Assembly: GCA_040901985.1 (NCBI GenBank)
Contig: JBBDYC010000009.1
Coordinates: forward strand, 60,364 to 124,363
Direction of reading: 5' to 3'
Source of the DNA: Gemmatimonadaceae bacterium
GTDB taxonomy: Bacteria > Gemmatimonadota > Gemmatimonadetes > Gemmatimonadales > Gemmatimonadaceae
DNA: 64,000 nucleotides
The position numbers were made by a program, and so were the translations under genes. Below the pieces are notes generated by a model that saw nothing but the letters and a program-made list of their open reading frames with translations, had not been told where the DNA came from and searched no databases. Every line of letters starts with the position of its first letter. Within the stretch, counting starts at the first letter, position 1. This document shows positions 1 through 9,655 of the stretch, in pieces.

Positions 1-53
1 GGCTCTCGCCGGCGCCCCCGCTTTCCTACTTTCCTACTTAGATCCGGCCGCGC

Positions 54-620
54 CTACCGCCGCGACGCCGCTGCCAGCGCGTTGCGGACCGCCAGCAGGG
101 CTGGCGGCGGCGTGGCACCGGCGGGCAACGCGTCAATCGCGGCGTTGTAGGCCCTGACCGCCGCCGTGAGCGTATTGAAGTTGGCGTTGGCGCCGAAGGC
201 CCGGAGCGCATTTGTCAGCGCGGTGGAACTGCCGGCCGGTACGCCAGTCAACGCCGAGGTGAACGCCGAGACCTGTGCCGGCGTCGGGTTGCCGCCAAGC
301 ACCGCGCCGAGCCCGCGTGCCGCCGCCTGCGGGACGGTGACCGTGCCGCCGGCCGGGTTGGTGACCGTCACGCCACCCGTGCCGGCGTTCATCAGCGAGG
401 CGCGGGCGGTCGCCAGGCCGGCTGCCGCCGGGCCGGAGAGCGCGCGCGACGCGCCGCCGGGCATATTCTCGGCGTTCGGCACGCCGAGCGGCGCCACCGA
501 GCCGCCGAGGCCGCCACCGGAGCCGATCGGGCTCCCGAAGTCCGTCTGGGCCACCGCGACCGTCGAGCCCAGCGCGACGAGCGCCAAGGCCGCGAGGAAC
601 TGCTTTGAATTCGTGATCAT
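54..620 (-). CDS. Exported Ala/Gly-rich hypothetical protein
   Basis: ORF 54..674, start better at MITNSKQF (620); signal peptide ending AVA-Q; low-complexity N-half, helical C-end (LTAAVRAYNAAIDAL). Confidence 0.7.
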   Translation of the reverse strand: MITNSKQFLAALALVALGSTVAVAQTDFGSPIGSGGGLGGSVAPLGVPNAENMPGGASRALSGPAAAGLATARASLMNAGTGGVTVTNPAGGTVTVPQAAARGLGAVLGGNPTPAQVSAFTSALTGVPAGSSTALTNALRAFGANANFNTLTAAVRAYNAAIDALPAGATPPPALLAVRNALAAASRR

Positions 621-639
621 CGGATTGGACTCCAGAGGG

Positions 640-1446
640 TTAGTACTTCCAGGACATGCCGGCGGCGAGAGCAAAGCGCCCCGCCTTTCCGGACTCGCCT
701 GTGATGTCGTTCAGGACCGGCGTGATGACGAACGGAATGGTCCGGCTCGGCGTGAATGAGAAGGCGGTGTTGAGCTGCGCGCCGGTGTAGTCGAGGATCA
801 GGGCGCTCGCCCAGTTGAGGCGGAGTGCGCCCGAGATGAAGATGCCGACGCCCGACTCGCCCGCCGCAAAGTCCGAGGCGGCCTGGAAGCGCCCCGTGCC
901 GACACCGAGGTTGGCCGTCAACTGGTTGAACGTGTTGGCCTGGCGCAACGTGCGCACGTGCGTCACCGCGGCGAAGATGGACGGGTCCGTGTCGAACTCG
1001 TCGCCATTGACCTTGATGCCTTCGACGCCGACACCGACGCCGGTCTGGCCGGCAAACGCCTTGTGCAGCTTCGCCCCGGCGACCATCCGGCTGCCGAAGC
1101 CCGAGCGGACCGTGGAGAGCGAGGTCAGGACGACCTCAAGGCCGACCGTCTCGCGCGGATTGAAGAAGCCGCCGCCGACCGAGATCGCGCCGTCGGAGTC
1201 GCCGTCGAGGCCGGTGGAGTGCTGATAGCCGATGCCGGCAAAGATGTCGCCCTTGCCGGGGCCGAAGCCGACCGGCGAGCTCGCCGCGACGCCGGGCTGG
1301 GCGCGTCCCATCTCCTGGCCGATCATCTGCGGCGCCTGCGGCATCGGAAGCCGATAGACGTCGCGTCCCTGCTGGGCCTGCGACGCGCACGGGAGCGCGA
1401 GCAGCGCAGCGATTGCGAATGTGGCGGCGGACAAGCGAAGCAGCAT
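640..1446 (-). CDS. Putative outer-membrane beta-barrel protein
   Basis: Start MLLRLSAAT (1446), signal peptide ASQA-Q, alternating beta-strand pattern, aromatic C-terminus (MSWKY). Confidence 0.7.
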   Translation of the reverse strand: MLLRLSAATFAIAALLALPCASQAQQGRDVYRLPMPQAPQMIGQEMGRAQPGVAASSPVGFGPGKGDIFAGIGYQHSTGLDGDSDGAISVGGGFFNPRETVGLEVVLTSLSTVRSGFGSRMVAGAKLHKAFAGQTGVGVGVEGIKVNGDEFDTDPSIFAAVTHVRTLRQANTFNQLTANLGVGTGRFQAASDFAAGESGVGIFISGALRLNWASALILDYTGAQLNTAFSFTPSRTIPFVITPVLNDITGESGKAGRFALAAGMSWKY

Positions 1447-1590
1447 CGGGAAATCTCCGATCAGGGAAGCGGAAGCCAACGGGGTACGCCCGGCGGATGC
1501 CGGGCACGGTCCAGCGCCGCCCCGAAAGGGGGGACGGGCAATGATGCCAAATGTCCCACCCGGCGAGGGCGATGTCAAGGCTACTGATGC

Positions 1591-1693
1591 AAGGGGCAAG
1601 GGGAGAGGAAAAAGGTGCCTAGGCCTTGGCGCGCCAGGCAGCCCTCGGGGCGCGCCAGGCAGCACCCGGCGCTGCCCTCTCCCCTTGCTCCTT
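1591..1693. repeat. Inverted repeat (terminator-like) enclosing a 15-bp direct repeat
   Basis: aaggggcaaggggagagg ... cctctccccttgctcctt; ggcgcgccaggcagc occurs twice in the loop; lies just downstream of the minus-strand tRNA. Confidence 0.5.
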
Positions 1694-1707
1694 GAACCAG
1701 TAGTCAA

Positions 1708-1780
1708 TGGGCCCAGCAGGATTCGAACCTGCGCACTTCGGATTATGAGTCCGCCGCTCTAACCGCTGAGCTATGGGCCC
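1708..1780 (-). tRNA. tRNA with CAT anticodon, most likely tRNA-Ile2 (lysidine type)
   Basis: Reverse complement GGGCCCATAGCTCAGCGGTTAGAGCGGCGGACTCATAATCCG...GGTTCGAATCCTGCTGGGCCCA; cloverleaf, TTC loop; lacks initiator features. Confidence 0.9.
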
Positions 1781-1890
1781 TGCCGGAAAATCCTGCCTTA
1801 GACGGCCTTCAGCAAGGACGCGCGGCCACTGCGGGCGTGACCTTGGCACGTCTTGAACCACACTGATGTCCCCACTACGTTCCCCCTTCC

Positions 1891-1964
1891 GGGCGCGTAG
1901 CTCAGCTGGTTAGAGCGCTGCTTTCACACAGCAGAGGTCGGGGGTTCGAGCCCCTCCGCGCCCA
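1891..1964 (+). tRNA. tRNA-Val(CAC)
   Basis: GGGCGCGTAGCTCAGCTGGTTAGAGCG-CTGCT-TTCACAC-AGCAG-AGGTCGGGGGTTCGAGCCCCTCCGCGCCCA. Confidence 0.93.
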
Positions 1965-1991
1965 TCGCTTGCCTGCCGGCTGCGTTCGGCG

Positions 1992-2846
1992 CTACGGCTG
2001 GCCGATTGCCCCGCGCCGGAACCACCTCCGCAAACGCCACGACTCCCAGCGCAGGCGCACCCGCGCCACACGCGGCGCGACCACCCGGGCGAGCGGCGCC
2101 AGCAGTGGCCCCCCAAGCAGCCACTTCACGCGTTGCATCACCGGCCCCGCGAATACGCTGCGCAACCGGAGGTCCGGCGCCTCAAGCGAGGTCCCGCCGT
2201 TCGAGGTCGGCTCGCTCTCCACACACCGCGCACGGTCGATTCGCAGGCAGACGATGGACTCGTAGAACGACACGGCGTACACGGCCGCCGACGCGGCCGA
2301 CCGCTGGCGACGCAACGCCGGAAAGCGCGCATTCACCCAGTCCACGTGGCGCTTGGCGTAGTTGATGAACGAGTACCGCGACGGATTTCCGAACTCCCGG
2401 AGATACGCCGCGTGCACGTCCTCAACGATCAACACCCCACCGTCGCGGATGTGCGGGATGCACGCCGTGGCCGTCACGATTTGCTGCCGGTTCGTGTGCC
2501 CACCGTCGTCGAGCACCACGTCCACGTCGCTGAACCGCGTGAAGAAGCCCGCCCAGAAGGCCGGGTCGCCCTGATCCCCGATAGCGATGTCGAACCCCTC
2601 GCCCTCCCACCGGCGAGCGTCGGGGTTGAGGTCAACCCCGATGATCCGCGCCTGGGGCCCCAGGAACCGCCGCCACATAAACAGCGATCCGCCGTTCAAC
2701 ACCCCGATCTCGACGAACGTGATCGGCCGCTCGCGATACCCCGCCAGTAGTTCGTCGTACACCGCGAAGTACGTGGAATGCCTGATCGAGAGGTACGGCG
2801 AGGCGTCGTAGCACTCTCGGATCGTCGGAAGGCGTGCCTCAGGCAT
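1992..2846 (-). CDS. Class I SAM-dependent methyltransferase (sugar O-methyltransferase-like)
   Basis: VEIGVLNGGSL, IIGVDLNP, VVLDDGGH, GGVLIVED motifs; start MPEARL at 2846. Confidence 0.85.
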   Translation of the reverse strand: MPEARLPTIRECYDASPYLSIRHSTYFAVYDELLAGYRERPITFVEIGVLNGGSLFMWRRFLGPQARIIGVDLNPDARRWEGEGFDIAIGDQGDPAFWAGFFTRFSDVDVVLDDGGHTNRQQIVTATACIPHIRDGGVLIVEDVHAAYLREFGNPSRYSFINYAKRHVDWVNARFPALRRQRSAASAAVYAVSFYESIVCLRIDRARCVESEPTSNGGTSLEAPDLRLRSVFAGPVMQRVKWLLGGPLLAPLARVVAPRVARVRLRWESWRLRRWFRRGAIGQP

Positions 2847-2878
2847 CCGGGAAACGTAATCATCGCGCCCCCACGCCG

Positions 2879-4156
2879 ATGCTACATTTCCCGCCCGTGA
2901 CCACTCCCTCTGCGAGCACCCGTGGCTCGCTCCGGCAGACGCTCGCCCCGCTGCTCGCCAGTCACGCACTGGGGCTGCTCATCCCGCTGCTCACGGTCCC
3001 GTATCTGGCCCGTGTCCTCCGTCCGGACGGCTGGGGCCCGGTGCTGGTGGCCCAGGCGCTCGTCGCCTGGGTCGGTCTCCTGCTCGAGTACGGCGCCGAC
3101 CTCTCGGGGGTCCGCGCCGTGGCCGCGGCGCGCGCGCGCGCGCCGCTCACGGTCGCCGCGATGCGCGCCACCGTCTGGGGCGTGCAAGGCGCCAAGCTGC
3201 TGCTCCTCCCGGCCGGGCTGTTGCTGCTCGCCGGCGTCCTCCTCACCCTTGCGCCCTTCCGCGCCGCCCCGGCGCTCGCGGCGTGGACCGCCGTGGCGGC
3301 CCTCGCCAAAGGGTTCTCGCCGCTCTGGTACTTCCTCGGCGTCGAACGGCTGAAGCGCGCCATTGCGATTGACACCGGCGCGAGGATCCTCGCCGCACTC
3401 GCGGTCTTCCCGCTCGTCCGAAATCCGACCGACGGCTGGAAGGTCCTCGCCGCCCAGGCCACGCTGACCCTGGTCGCGACGCTCTGGCTGACCCGCACGC
3501 TCTGGCGCGAGGCACCGCCACCGGACGAGGGCATCTGGTCGCACGCCGTGGACGCCCTGCGCAGGGGGCGGTCCATCTTCGCGTATCGTGTCAGCGGGAC
3601 GATCTTCCTGCACGGAAACACGCTGCTGCTCGGCGCGCTGGCCCCGGCGGCCAGCGTCGCCGCCTACGGAGGCGCCGAACGGGTGGTCCGTGCCGCCGCG
3701 AACCTGCTCGAGCCGCTCACGCGCGCCCTGCTGCCGCGCCTCTCGCACCTGCGAGAGCACGACGCCGCGGAGGCGGGCCGCTTCCTCTCGCGCCTGCTGC
3801 CGATGGTGATCGGCGGCGCGCTGCTCGGCGGCATCGGCATCGCGCTCACCGCCCCGCTCCTCGTCCGGGTCCTGCTCGGCGAGGGCTACGAGTTGGCGAT
3901 TCCGCTGATCCGCGTGCTCTCACTCCTCCTGCCGATTGTCGCCACCGGTACCGCGATTGGCTTCTACTGGGCGCTGCCCGCCGGACGCGATCGCCTTGTG
4001 CTCGGCGCGACGGCCGCCGCCGGCGTGCTCACGCTGATTGTCGTCGGCCTGCTCGTCCCCCGGTACGGCGCGATGGGGATGGCGGTGGCGGCCGTCGCGG
4101 CCGAGGCGACGGTGGCACTCATCCTCACCACGGCATACCGGCGGCGGGCGCGATGA
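2879..4156 (+). CDS. Oligosaccharide flippase (Wzx/MOP family)
   Basis: Polytopic; IPLLTVPYLARVLRPDGWG, YGGAERVVRAA; start approximate. Confidence 0.85.
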   Translation: MLHFPPVTTPSASTRGSLRQTLAPLLASHALGLLIPLLTVPYLARVLRPDGWGPVLVAQALVAWVGLLLEYGADLSGVRAVAAARARAPLTVAAMRATVWGVQGAKLLLLPAGLLLLAGVLLTLAPFRAAPALAAWTAVAALAKGFSPLWYFLGVERLKRAIAIDTGARILAALAVFPLVRNPTDGWKVLAAQATLTLVATLWLTRTLWREAPPPDEGIWSHAVDALRRGRSIFAYRVSGTIFLHGNTLLLGALAPAASVAAYGGAERVVRAAANLLEPLTRALLPRLSHLREHDAAEAGRFLSRLLPMVIGGALLGGIGIALTAPLLVRVLLGEGYELAIPLIRVLSLLLPIVATGTAIGFYWALPAGRDRLVLGATAAAGVLTLIVVGLLVPRYGAMGMAVAAVAAEATVALILTTAYRRRAR

Positions 4157-5112
4157 GTGACACCATCCACCTCCTGTGCGCGACGTTCAACGGCGCCCGG
4201 TGGCTGCCGGAGTTCCTGGAGAGCGTCACCGCGCAGTCCCACACCGATTGGCACTTGTGGGTCAAGGACGACGGCTCGAGCGACGACACGCGGCGCATCG
4301 TCGGCGACTTCGCCCACGCACACCCACGGCGCGTCACCCTGCATCAGCACGCCCCGCACGGGCTCGGCGCCGCCCGCTCCTTCGCGTGGCTCTGGAACGA
4401 GCTGGCCGCCGATGTGAGCTACGTCGCCTTCGCCGACCAGGACGACGTCTGGATGCCGCACAAGCTCGAGCGGTCGCTGGCGGCGCTGCGCGAGGCCGAG
4501 CACGGAGCCCCGGGGCCGATTCTCGTGCACACCGATCTCTGCGTCGTGGACGCCGAGCGGCGTGTGATCGCCCCGTCATTCGCCCGCGCGGCCGGCCTTC
4601 CCTTCACCCCGCGGCCCCTGCGCGAGGTGCTGGTCTGGAACGTCGTGACCGGCTGCACGGTCCTGGTGAATCGCGCCCTGCGCGAGCGGATGGGGCCCAT
4701 CCCCGAGACCGTCCCGATGCACGACTGGTGGGTCGCCTGCGTCGCTGCCATCGTCGGTCGGACCGTGTCGCTGGATGAGCCAACGGTCTGGTATCGCCAG
4801 CACGGGGCGAACGTCGTGGGCGCGCGGGCGCGGGCCCGGCTTGGCTCCCTCCGCCAGGTTGCCAGTGCGTCGTGGCGCGCGTTGGCGCGGGCCCCGGAGG
4901 TCCGGGAAGGGATCGCCGACGTCGCCACCCTCGCGTCGCTGCTGCTGGCGCACGGTGGGGCCACCCTGACGGAATCCGACCGCGCCCTTCTCGCTGATTG
5001 CGCGCGGATCCCGTCGATGCCGTGGTTGGCGCGAAAGCTGGCGCTCGCCCGGCGATTCTCGGTGCCCGCGCGCGGCACCCTTCGGAACCTCGGGATCGTC
5101 CTGCGCGGATGA
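4153..5112 (+). CDS. Glycosyltransferase family 2 (rhamnosyltransferase-like)
   Basis: LCATFNGARWL, DDGSSDDT, FADQDDVW, VTGCT, MHDWW, YRQHGANVVG; ATGA overlap. Confidence 0.9.
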   Translation: MSDTIHLLCATFNGARWLPEFLESVTAQSHTDWHLWVKDDGSSDDTRRIVGDFAHAHPRRVTLHQHAPHGLGAARSFAWLWNELAADVSYVAFADQDDVWMPHKLERSLAALREAEHGAPGPILVHTDLCVVDAERRVIAPSFARAAGLPFTPRPLREVLVWNVVTGCTVLVNRALRERMGPIPETVPMHDWWVACVAAIVGRTVSLDEPTVWYRQHGANVVGARARARLGSLRQVASASWRALARAPEVREGIADVATLASLLLAHGGATLTESDRALLADCARIPSMPWLARKLALARRFSVPARGTLRNLGIVLRG

Positions 5113-5161
5113 CCGCTACGCCTGCTTGCCGTCCCCCCTCCGCACCCAGTAGACTCCCCCC

Positions 5162-5773
5162 GTGACCACTCTCCGACGCCCGTGGGTTCTCGGCATCGCG
5201 GCGCTCCTCGTCGCCCCCGCCCTGGCGGCACAGGATGCGGCCCGGGCCCCGGTGGTCCCCGGCGATCGGTTCGTGCTCAGGGTCCTCGTGCCGGACGAGG
5301 AACCGCAGTTCCTCTTGGTGGACGACCGTCACACCGTCGTGATCCCGCTGGCCGGTCCGCTCTCCGTGCGCGGACTCGGTGCGCACGACGCACTGGACAG
5401 CGTGTCGGCGCGCGTCGCGCAGTTCATCCGCCCGGGGGCGTTCACGGTGGACTTCGAGCGGCGCATCGCCGTGCTGGGTGACGTGCACCGCCCCGACCTG
5501 CATTATCTCGACCTCACCCTGCGGCTGCGCGACGCACTCGCGCTCGCCGGGGGTGTGTCCGAAACGGGGCGCGCGCGCGAAGTCGTGCTGATCCGCGGGG
5601 CGACGACGGAGCGGATCCTCGATTGGCAGACCACCGCGGCGGGCGACCGCGAGCTGCGGTCGGGCGACCAATTGGTCGTGCCGAAAGAGCGCTGGTACAA
5701 GCGCAACGCCCTGCCCCTCATCTCGGCGCTCGGCGTCCTCGCCTCGATCGGCATCACGCTCGGGGCGCGATGA
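5162..5773 (+). CDS. Polysaccharide export protein (Wza-like, Poly_export + SLBB)
   Basis: Signal peptide, PGDRFVL, VLGDVHRP, LRDALALAGG, LRSGDQLVVP. Confidence 0.8.
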   Translation: MTTLRRPWVLGIAALLVAPALAAQDAARAPVVPGDRFVLRVLVPDEEPQFLLVDDRHTVVIPLAGPLSVRGLGAHDALDSVSARVAQFIRPGAFTVDFERRIAVLGDVHRPDLHYLDLTLRLRDALALAGGVSETGRAREVVLIRGATTERILDWQTTAAGDRELRSGDQLVVPKERWYKRNALPLISALGVLASIGITLGAR

Positions 5774-7293
5774 GACGCCCCGAGGATGACGCGCTCGAGC
5801 TCGGTCCGGCGCTCGGCACGCTCTGGCGGGCAAGATGGCGACTGCTCGCGTGGGTCGGCGCGGGGGCCGCGGTCGCCATCGCCACGCTATGGTTCCTGCC
5901 GCGTCGGTGGGAGGCGCGGGCGACGGTCATCGCCAGTTCGTCCAACGCCAAGTCGAGTCTCCTGTCGCGCTCGGGCATTTCCGACCTGATCGCCGGATCG
6001 CTCCTCGGGGGCTCCGACGTCGGGTTCGACACCGAACTGGAACTGCTCCGCTCGCGTCGCCTGCTCCGTGAGGTCACGGCGGAGCTGCCGTTGGCGGTGA
6101 AGGTGAGGTCGCCCGAGACGACCCCCGCCACGACCGCCATCACCGCGTTCGTCCCGTCGGGGCAGTTCGCGCCGGCGCGGCTGGTCGTGCGCCCCGATGG
6201 GGCGAACTGGCGGTTGCAGCACGCCGCAGGGGATACGACCGTGCGTGCGGGTGCCGCGGTGACGCTACCCGAAGGAACGCTGCAGATGGCCGAGTCCCCG
6301 GGGTTGCTGGCCGCACCGCTCGTGGTCCACCTCCTCGACGACGAAGACACGATGCGGCGGCTCGCCCGGCGCGTGACCGTGGCGCGCGTCGGCGGCGCAA
6401 TTGCCGGCGTGACCGTGCGCTGGGACGATTCGGTGACCGGGGCGCGCATCGCCAACGCCATCGTCCGGCAGTACGTCGCGTGGCGGCGGACCAGCGACCG
6501 GGGAGAGAACGCGATGCTGGGCGATTTCCTGCGCGCGCAGTCCGATTCCATTGACGCCGAGCTCGCGAGGGCGCTCGACGTCCTGCGCGCGTTCCAGGAA
6601 CGCAGCGAGTACGCCGATCCGACGACGGGCGCGAAGGCCTTGCTCGAGGCGCTGACGCGACTCCGCACGCAGCTCGGCGAGACCACGATCGAGGAGGCCG
6701 CCCTCAACGAGTTGCTGGCGCGGCTCACCGAGGGCGGCGGGGATCGCGCGCGGGAACTCCCCGCGTTCCCGCCGTTCCTGAACAGCCCGGGCATCAACGA
6801 CCTCCTGGGACAGCTCAACCGGCTCGAGGCGGAGCGGGTCGCGCTCCTGCAGACGCGCACGGCGCGTGACCCGGGCGTCGTGGGCCGCACCGAGGGGATC
6901 CGGCTGATTGAGAGCCAACTGGTGCCGCTCGCGCGCACGTACGGCGCGGCGCTCACGCAGAATCGGCTGGCGCTGCGCGCCAGTGCCGACTCGCTCCAGC
7001 GCCTCCTCGGCGCGATCCCCGGCACCGGCCGACGCTTCGCCGACCTGACGCGCGACGTGGAACGCCTCGGGGAGATCAGCCGGGCGCTGCAGATCCAGCT
7101 GGTGCAGGCACGACTCGTGAGCATCGGCGAGGGCGGAGGCGCCGAGCAGATTGATGAGGCGATTCCCTCGCGCGCCCCGGCATCGCCCAACGTGCCGCTG
7201 ATCGTCCTGCTTGGGATCGGCGCGGGCGCCGCACTGGGTGTCGTGCGCGAGCTGCTGCGTGCATCACCCTCGTTGGACACGCCGGCGACGTGA
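5770..7293 (+). CDS. Polysaccharide co-polymerase (GumC/Wzc-like, no kinase domain)
   Basis: Start MRRPEDD (ATGA overlap); N- and C-terminal TM helices, TELELLRSR, coiled coil, AIPSRAPASPN; no Walker A. Confidence 0.8.
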   Translation: MRRPEDDALELGPALGTLWRARWRLLAWVGAGAAVAIATLWFLPRRWEARATVIASSSNAKSSLLSRSGISDLIAGSLLGGSDVGFDTELELLRSRRLLREVTAELPLAVKVRSPETTPATTAITAFVPSGQFAPARLVVRPDGANWRLQHAAGDTTVRAGAAVTLPEGTLQMAESPGLLAAPLVVHLLDDEDTMRRLARRVTVARVGGAIAGVTVRWDDSVTGARIANAIVRQYVAWRRTSDRGENAMLGDFLRAQSDSIDAELARALDVLRAFQERSEYADPTTGAKALLEALTRLRTQLGETTIEEAALNELLARLTEGGGDRARELPAFPPFLNSPGINDLLGQLNRLEAERVALLQTRTARDPGVVGRTEGIRLIESQLVPLARTYGAALTQNRLALRASADSLQRLLGAIPGTGRRFADLTRDVERLGEISRALQIQLVQARLVSIGEGGGAEQIDEAIPSRAPASPNVPLIVLLGIGAGAALGVVRELLRASPSLDTPAT

Positions 7294-8555
7294 CCGCCCT
7301 CCGCGTCACCGCCGCGCTGCTGCTCGGGGCGGTGCTGACGGGAAACCTCATCCGCGTCCCCGTATTCAGTGGTGGCGGCAAGTCCGCCCCGCTCATCGCC
7401 CTGGACCTCGCGCTCGGCGTGTTCGTCGTCGTGGGAGTCACCGAGATCCTGCGGCGACGGCGGCTCGCCCTCGACCCGGCGGCGCGGTGGGGGATCGCGT
7501 TCGTCGCGATCGCGGCGCTGAGCGTCTTGAGCGCGGGCGCCCGGGTCGGCATCGCGCCCAACGAGATGCTCTTCGCCGCGACGTATCTCGTGCGCTGGGC
7601 CGGCTACTTCTCCCTGTTCGTCCTGATCGGCGCCCTCCTGCCGGCAAGCGAGGCGCCGCCGGTCGCGCAACTGCTGCGACGGTGCATCGTCGCCTTCGCC
7701 GCCTTCGGGATCCTCCAGTCCATCTTCCTGCCGGACTTTGCGCTGCTCGTGCACCCGACCGACCAGCCGTACCTCGACTGGGATCCCCAGCGCAATCGCC
7801 TGGTCTCGACGTTCCTCGATCCCAACTACGCCGGGATCCTGATCGTCGTCGGGCTCTGCCTGTGGGGCGGCCGACTCATCGCCGGCGTGGCGCCGCCGTG
7901 GTGGGAAGGGGCGATTCTCGGTGTCGCCCTTGTCCTGACGCTGTCGCGGGGCGCGATGCTCGCCGGGCTCTCCGCCGCGGCGGCGCTGTCCATCGCCTAT
8001 GGGTTCAGTCGGCGACTCGGACGCGCGGCGGCGATCGCGGCCGTGGTGCTCCTCGCCGCCTCGCCCTTCGTGCTCGAGTTTGGCCAGGAGTTCGCCAAAT
8101 TCCAGATTGATCGCTCCGCCCTCGGGCGCCTCATCGCCTGGCAACGCAACCTGGTCCTCCTTGCCGACTATCCGATGCTGGGGATCGGCTTCAATACGCT
8201 CGGCTTCGTCGCCCCACGCTACGGGTGGCACATCGCCGGCGTCGGCGGATTCGGCCTCGACGGCGGACTCCTCTTCATTGCGGCGCTCACGGGTCTGGCC
8301 GGCGTCACGTGCCTCACGGCACTCCTGGTCTCAATCGCGCGATCGGCGCGGCACCTGTGGCGCACGCCGGACGCCGATGCCGAGGATCGCGCGATCGCCT
8401 TTGCGGCGTTCGGAACGGTCGTCGCGGTGGTCGTGCATTCGCTCTTCGCCAACACCATTATGCTGCCGTTGGTCCTCGCCCCCTGCTGGATCCTGTGGGC
8501 GCTGCCGCGCGTTCGCCGGCAAAAAAGTGGCCGGCTCGCCGGACCCCACGCGTGA
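7290..8555 (+). CDS. O-antigen ligase / Wzy polymerase family protein
   Basis: RLVSTFLDPNYAG, LTLSRGA, PMLGIGFN, VHSLF; many TMs. Confidence 0.85.
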   Translation: MTALRVTAALLLGAVLTGNLIRVPVFSGGGKSAPLIALDLALGVFVVVGVTEILRRRRLALDPAARWGIAFVAIAALSVLSAGARVGIAPNEMLFAATYLVRWAGYFSLFVLIGALLPASEAPPVAQLLRRCIVAFAAFGILQSIFLPDFALLVHPTDQPYLDWDPQRNRLVSTFLDPNYAGILIVVGLCLWGGRLIAGVAPPWWEGAILGVALVLTLSRGAMLAGLSAAAALSIAYGFSRRLGRAAAIAAVVLLAASPFVLEFGQEFAKFQIDRSALGRLIAWQRNLVLLADYPMLGIGFNTLGFVAPRYGWHIAGVGGFGLDGGLLFIAALTGLAGVTCLTALLVSIARSARHLWRTPDADAEDRAIAFAAFGTVVAVVVHSLFANTIMLPLVLAPCWILWALPRVRRQKSGRLAGPHA

Positions 8556-9655
8556 AGGGCACGCTCGTCGTTGATGCGCGGGTGCTGTACGGCAGCGGCA
8601 TCGGTCGGTACGTGCGCGAGCTCGTGCCGCGCCTGGTCCACGCTGCGGCGTTCGACGACTGCATCCTGGTGGGTGATCCCGCCGAGCTCGTGCCGTGGGC
8701 GGCGATGCACGTCCCCGCCGCGCGGATCGTTCCCCTCGTGGCCGGCCGCCATTCGCTGCGCGCGCAGGTCGCGTGGATCACCGGCGCGGCGTTCCGGCCA
8801 CCGCGGCCCAGCGTGCACTGGTTTCCCCACTTCGACGCCCCCGTCGTGCGGCTCCCCCGGCCCTCCGTGGTCACCGTGCACGATCTCATCCCCTGGCGAG
8901 TCCGTGACCCATCGCAGGTGATCAAGCGCTTGGCGTTCCCCTGGGCGCTGCGGCGGGTCACGCGAGCGGCCACGCGCGTCATCACGGTCTCCACCGCCTC
9001 GGCCGATGACCTCGTCTCCGTCGTGCCGGAGGTCGCCCCCAAGATCCGCGTGGTCCCCAACGGTGGCGCGGAGATCGCCGACCGGGTCGCGGGAACCGTT
9101 CCGGGGACGATTGCGACGCCGTTCCTCCTTTGCGTGGCAAACCGCAAGCCGCACAAGAACATCGAGGTCGCCCTCGACGCGCTCGCCCTGCTGCGGGTCG
9201 CGCACCCGCAGCTCACCTTGGTCGTCGCCGGTGAGCGGTTTGCGCACTGGACGAAGACGCTCGCGCACGCCAAGGCCCTCGGTGTGGACACGGCGGTGCA
9301 CGATGTCGGCGTCACCGACGACGCGACGCTCCGGGCGCTCTACGGATCGTGCACCGCGCTCCTCGCCCCGTCGCGCCTCGAGGGCTTCGGCTTGCCGGTG
9401 GTCGAGGCGATGGCGTGCGGCGCTCCGGTGGTCGCCGCCGATCTCCCGTGGGCGCACGCCGTCGGTGGCGACGCGATCCACTACGCGGACCCCGACGACC
9501 CCGCGGCGTGGGCCCGCCGCATCGCCGACCTCCTGTCGGATCCGGCCACCGTCGCCGACGCACGAGCGCGGGGCCCTGTTCAGGCGGGGCAGTTCACGTG
9601 GGCGCGCGCGGCCGAACGCACCGCCAGGGTCCTCCGCGAGGCGCTCGACGAATGA
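8552..9655 (+). CDS. Glycosyltransferase family 4
   Basis: GTG start at 8552; SGIGRYVREL, VVTVHDLIP, KPHKN, EGFGLPVVEAMACG. Confidence 0.9.
   Translation: MKGTLVVDARVLYGSGIGRYVRELVPRLVHAAAFDDCILVGDPAELVPWAAMHVPAARIVPLVAGRHSLRAQVAWITGAAFRPPRPSVHWFPHFDAPVVRLPRPSVVTVHDLIPWRVRDPSQVIKRLAFPWALRRVTRAATRVITVSTASADDLVSVVPEVAPKIRVVPNGGAEIADRVAGTVPGTIATPFLLCVANRKPHKNIEVALDALALLRVAHPQLTLVVAGERFAHWTKTLAHAKALGVDTAVHDVGVTDDATLRALYGSCTALLAPSRLEGFGLPVVEAMACGAPVVAADLPWAHAVGGDAIHYADPDDPAAWARRIADLLSDPATVADARARGPVQAGQFTWARAAERTARVLREALDE

Noticed and set aside
1708..1964. tRNA-anchored genomic island containing the polysaccharide genes
   Set aside because: No integrase and no duplicated tRNA 3' end seen in the window
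5754..8231. Long antisense ORFs (also 48658..50712, 60195..61460 and similar)
   Set aside because: Shadow frames of real genes in high-GC DNA; no recognisable motifs
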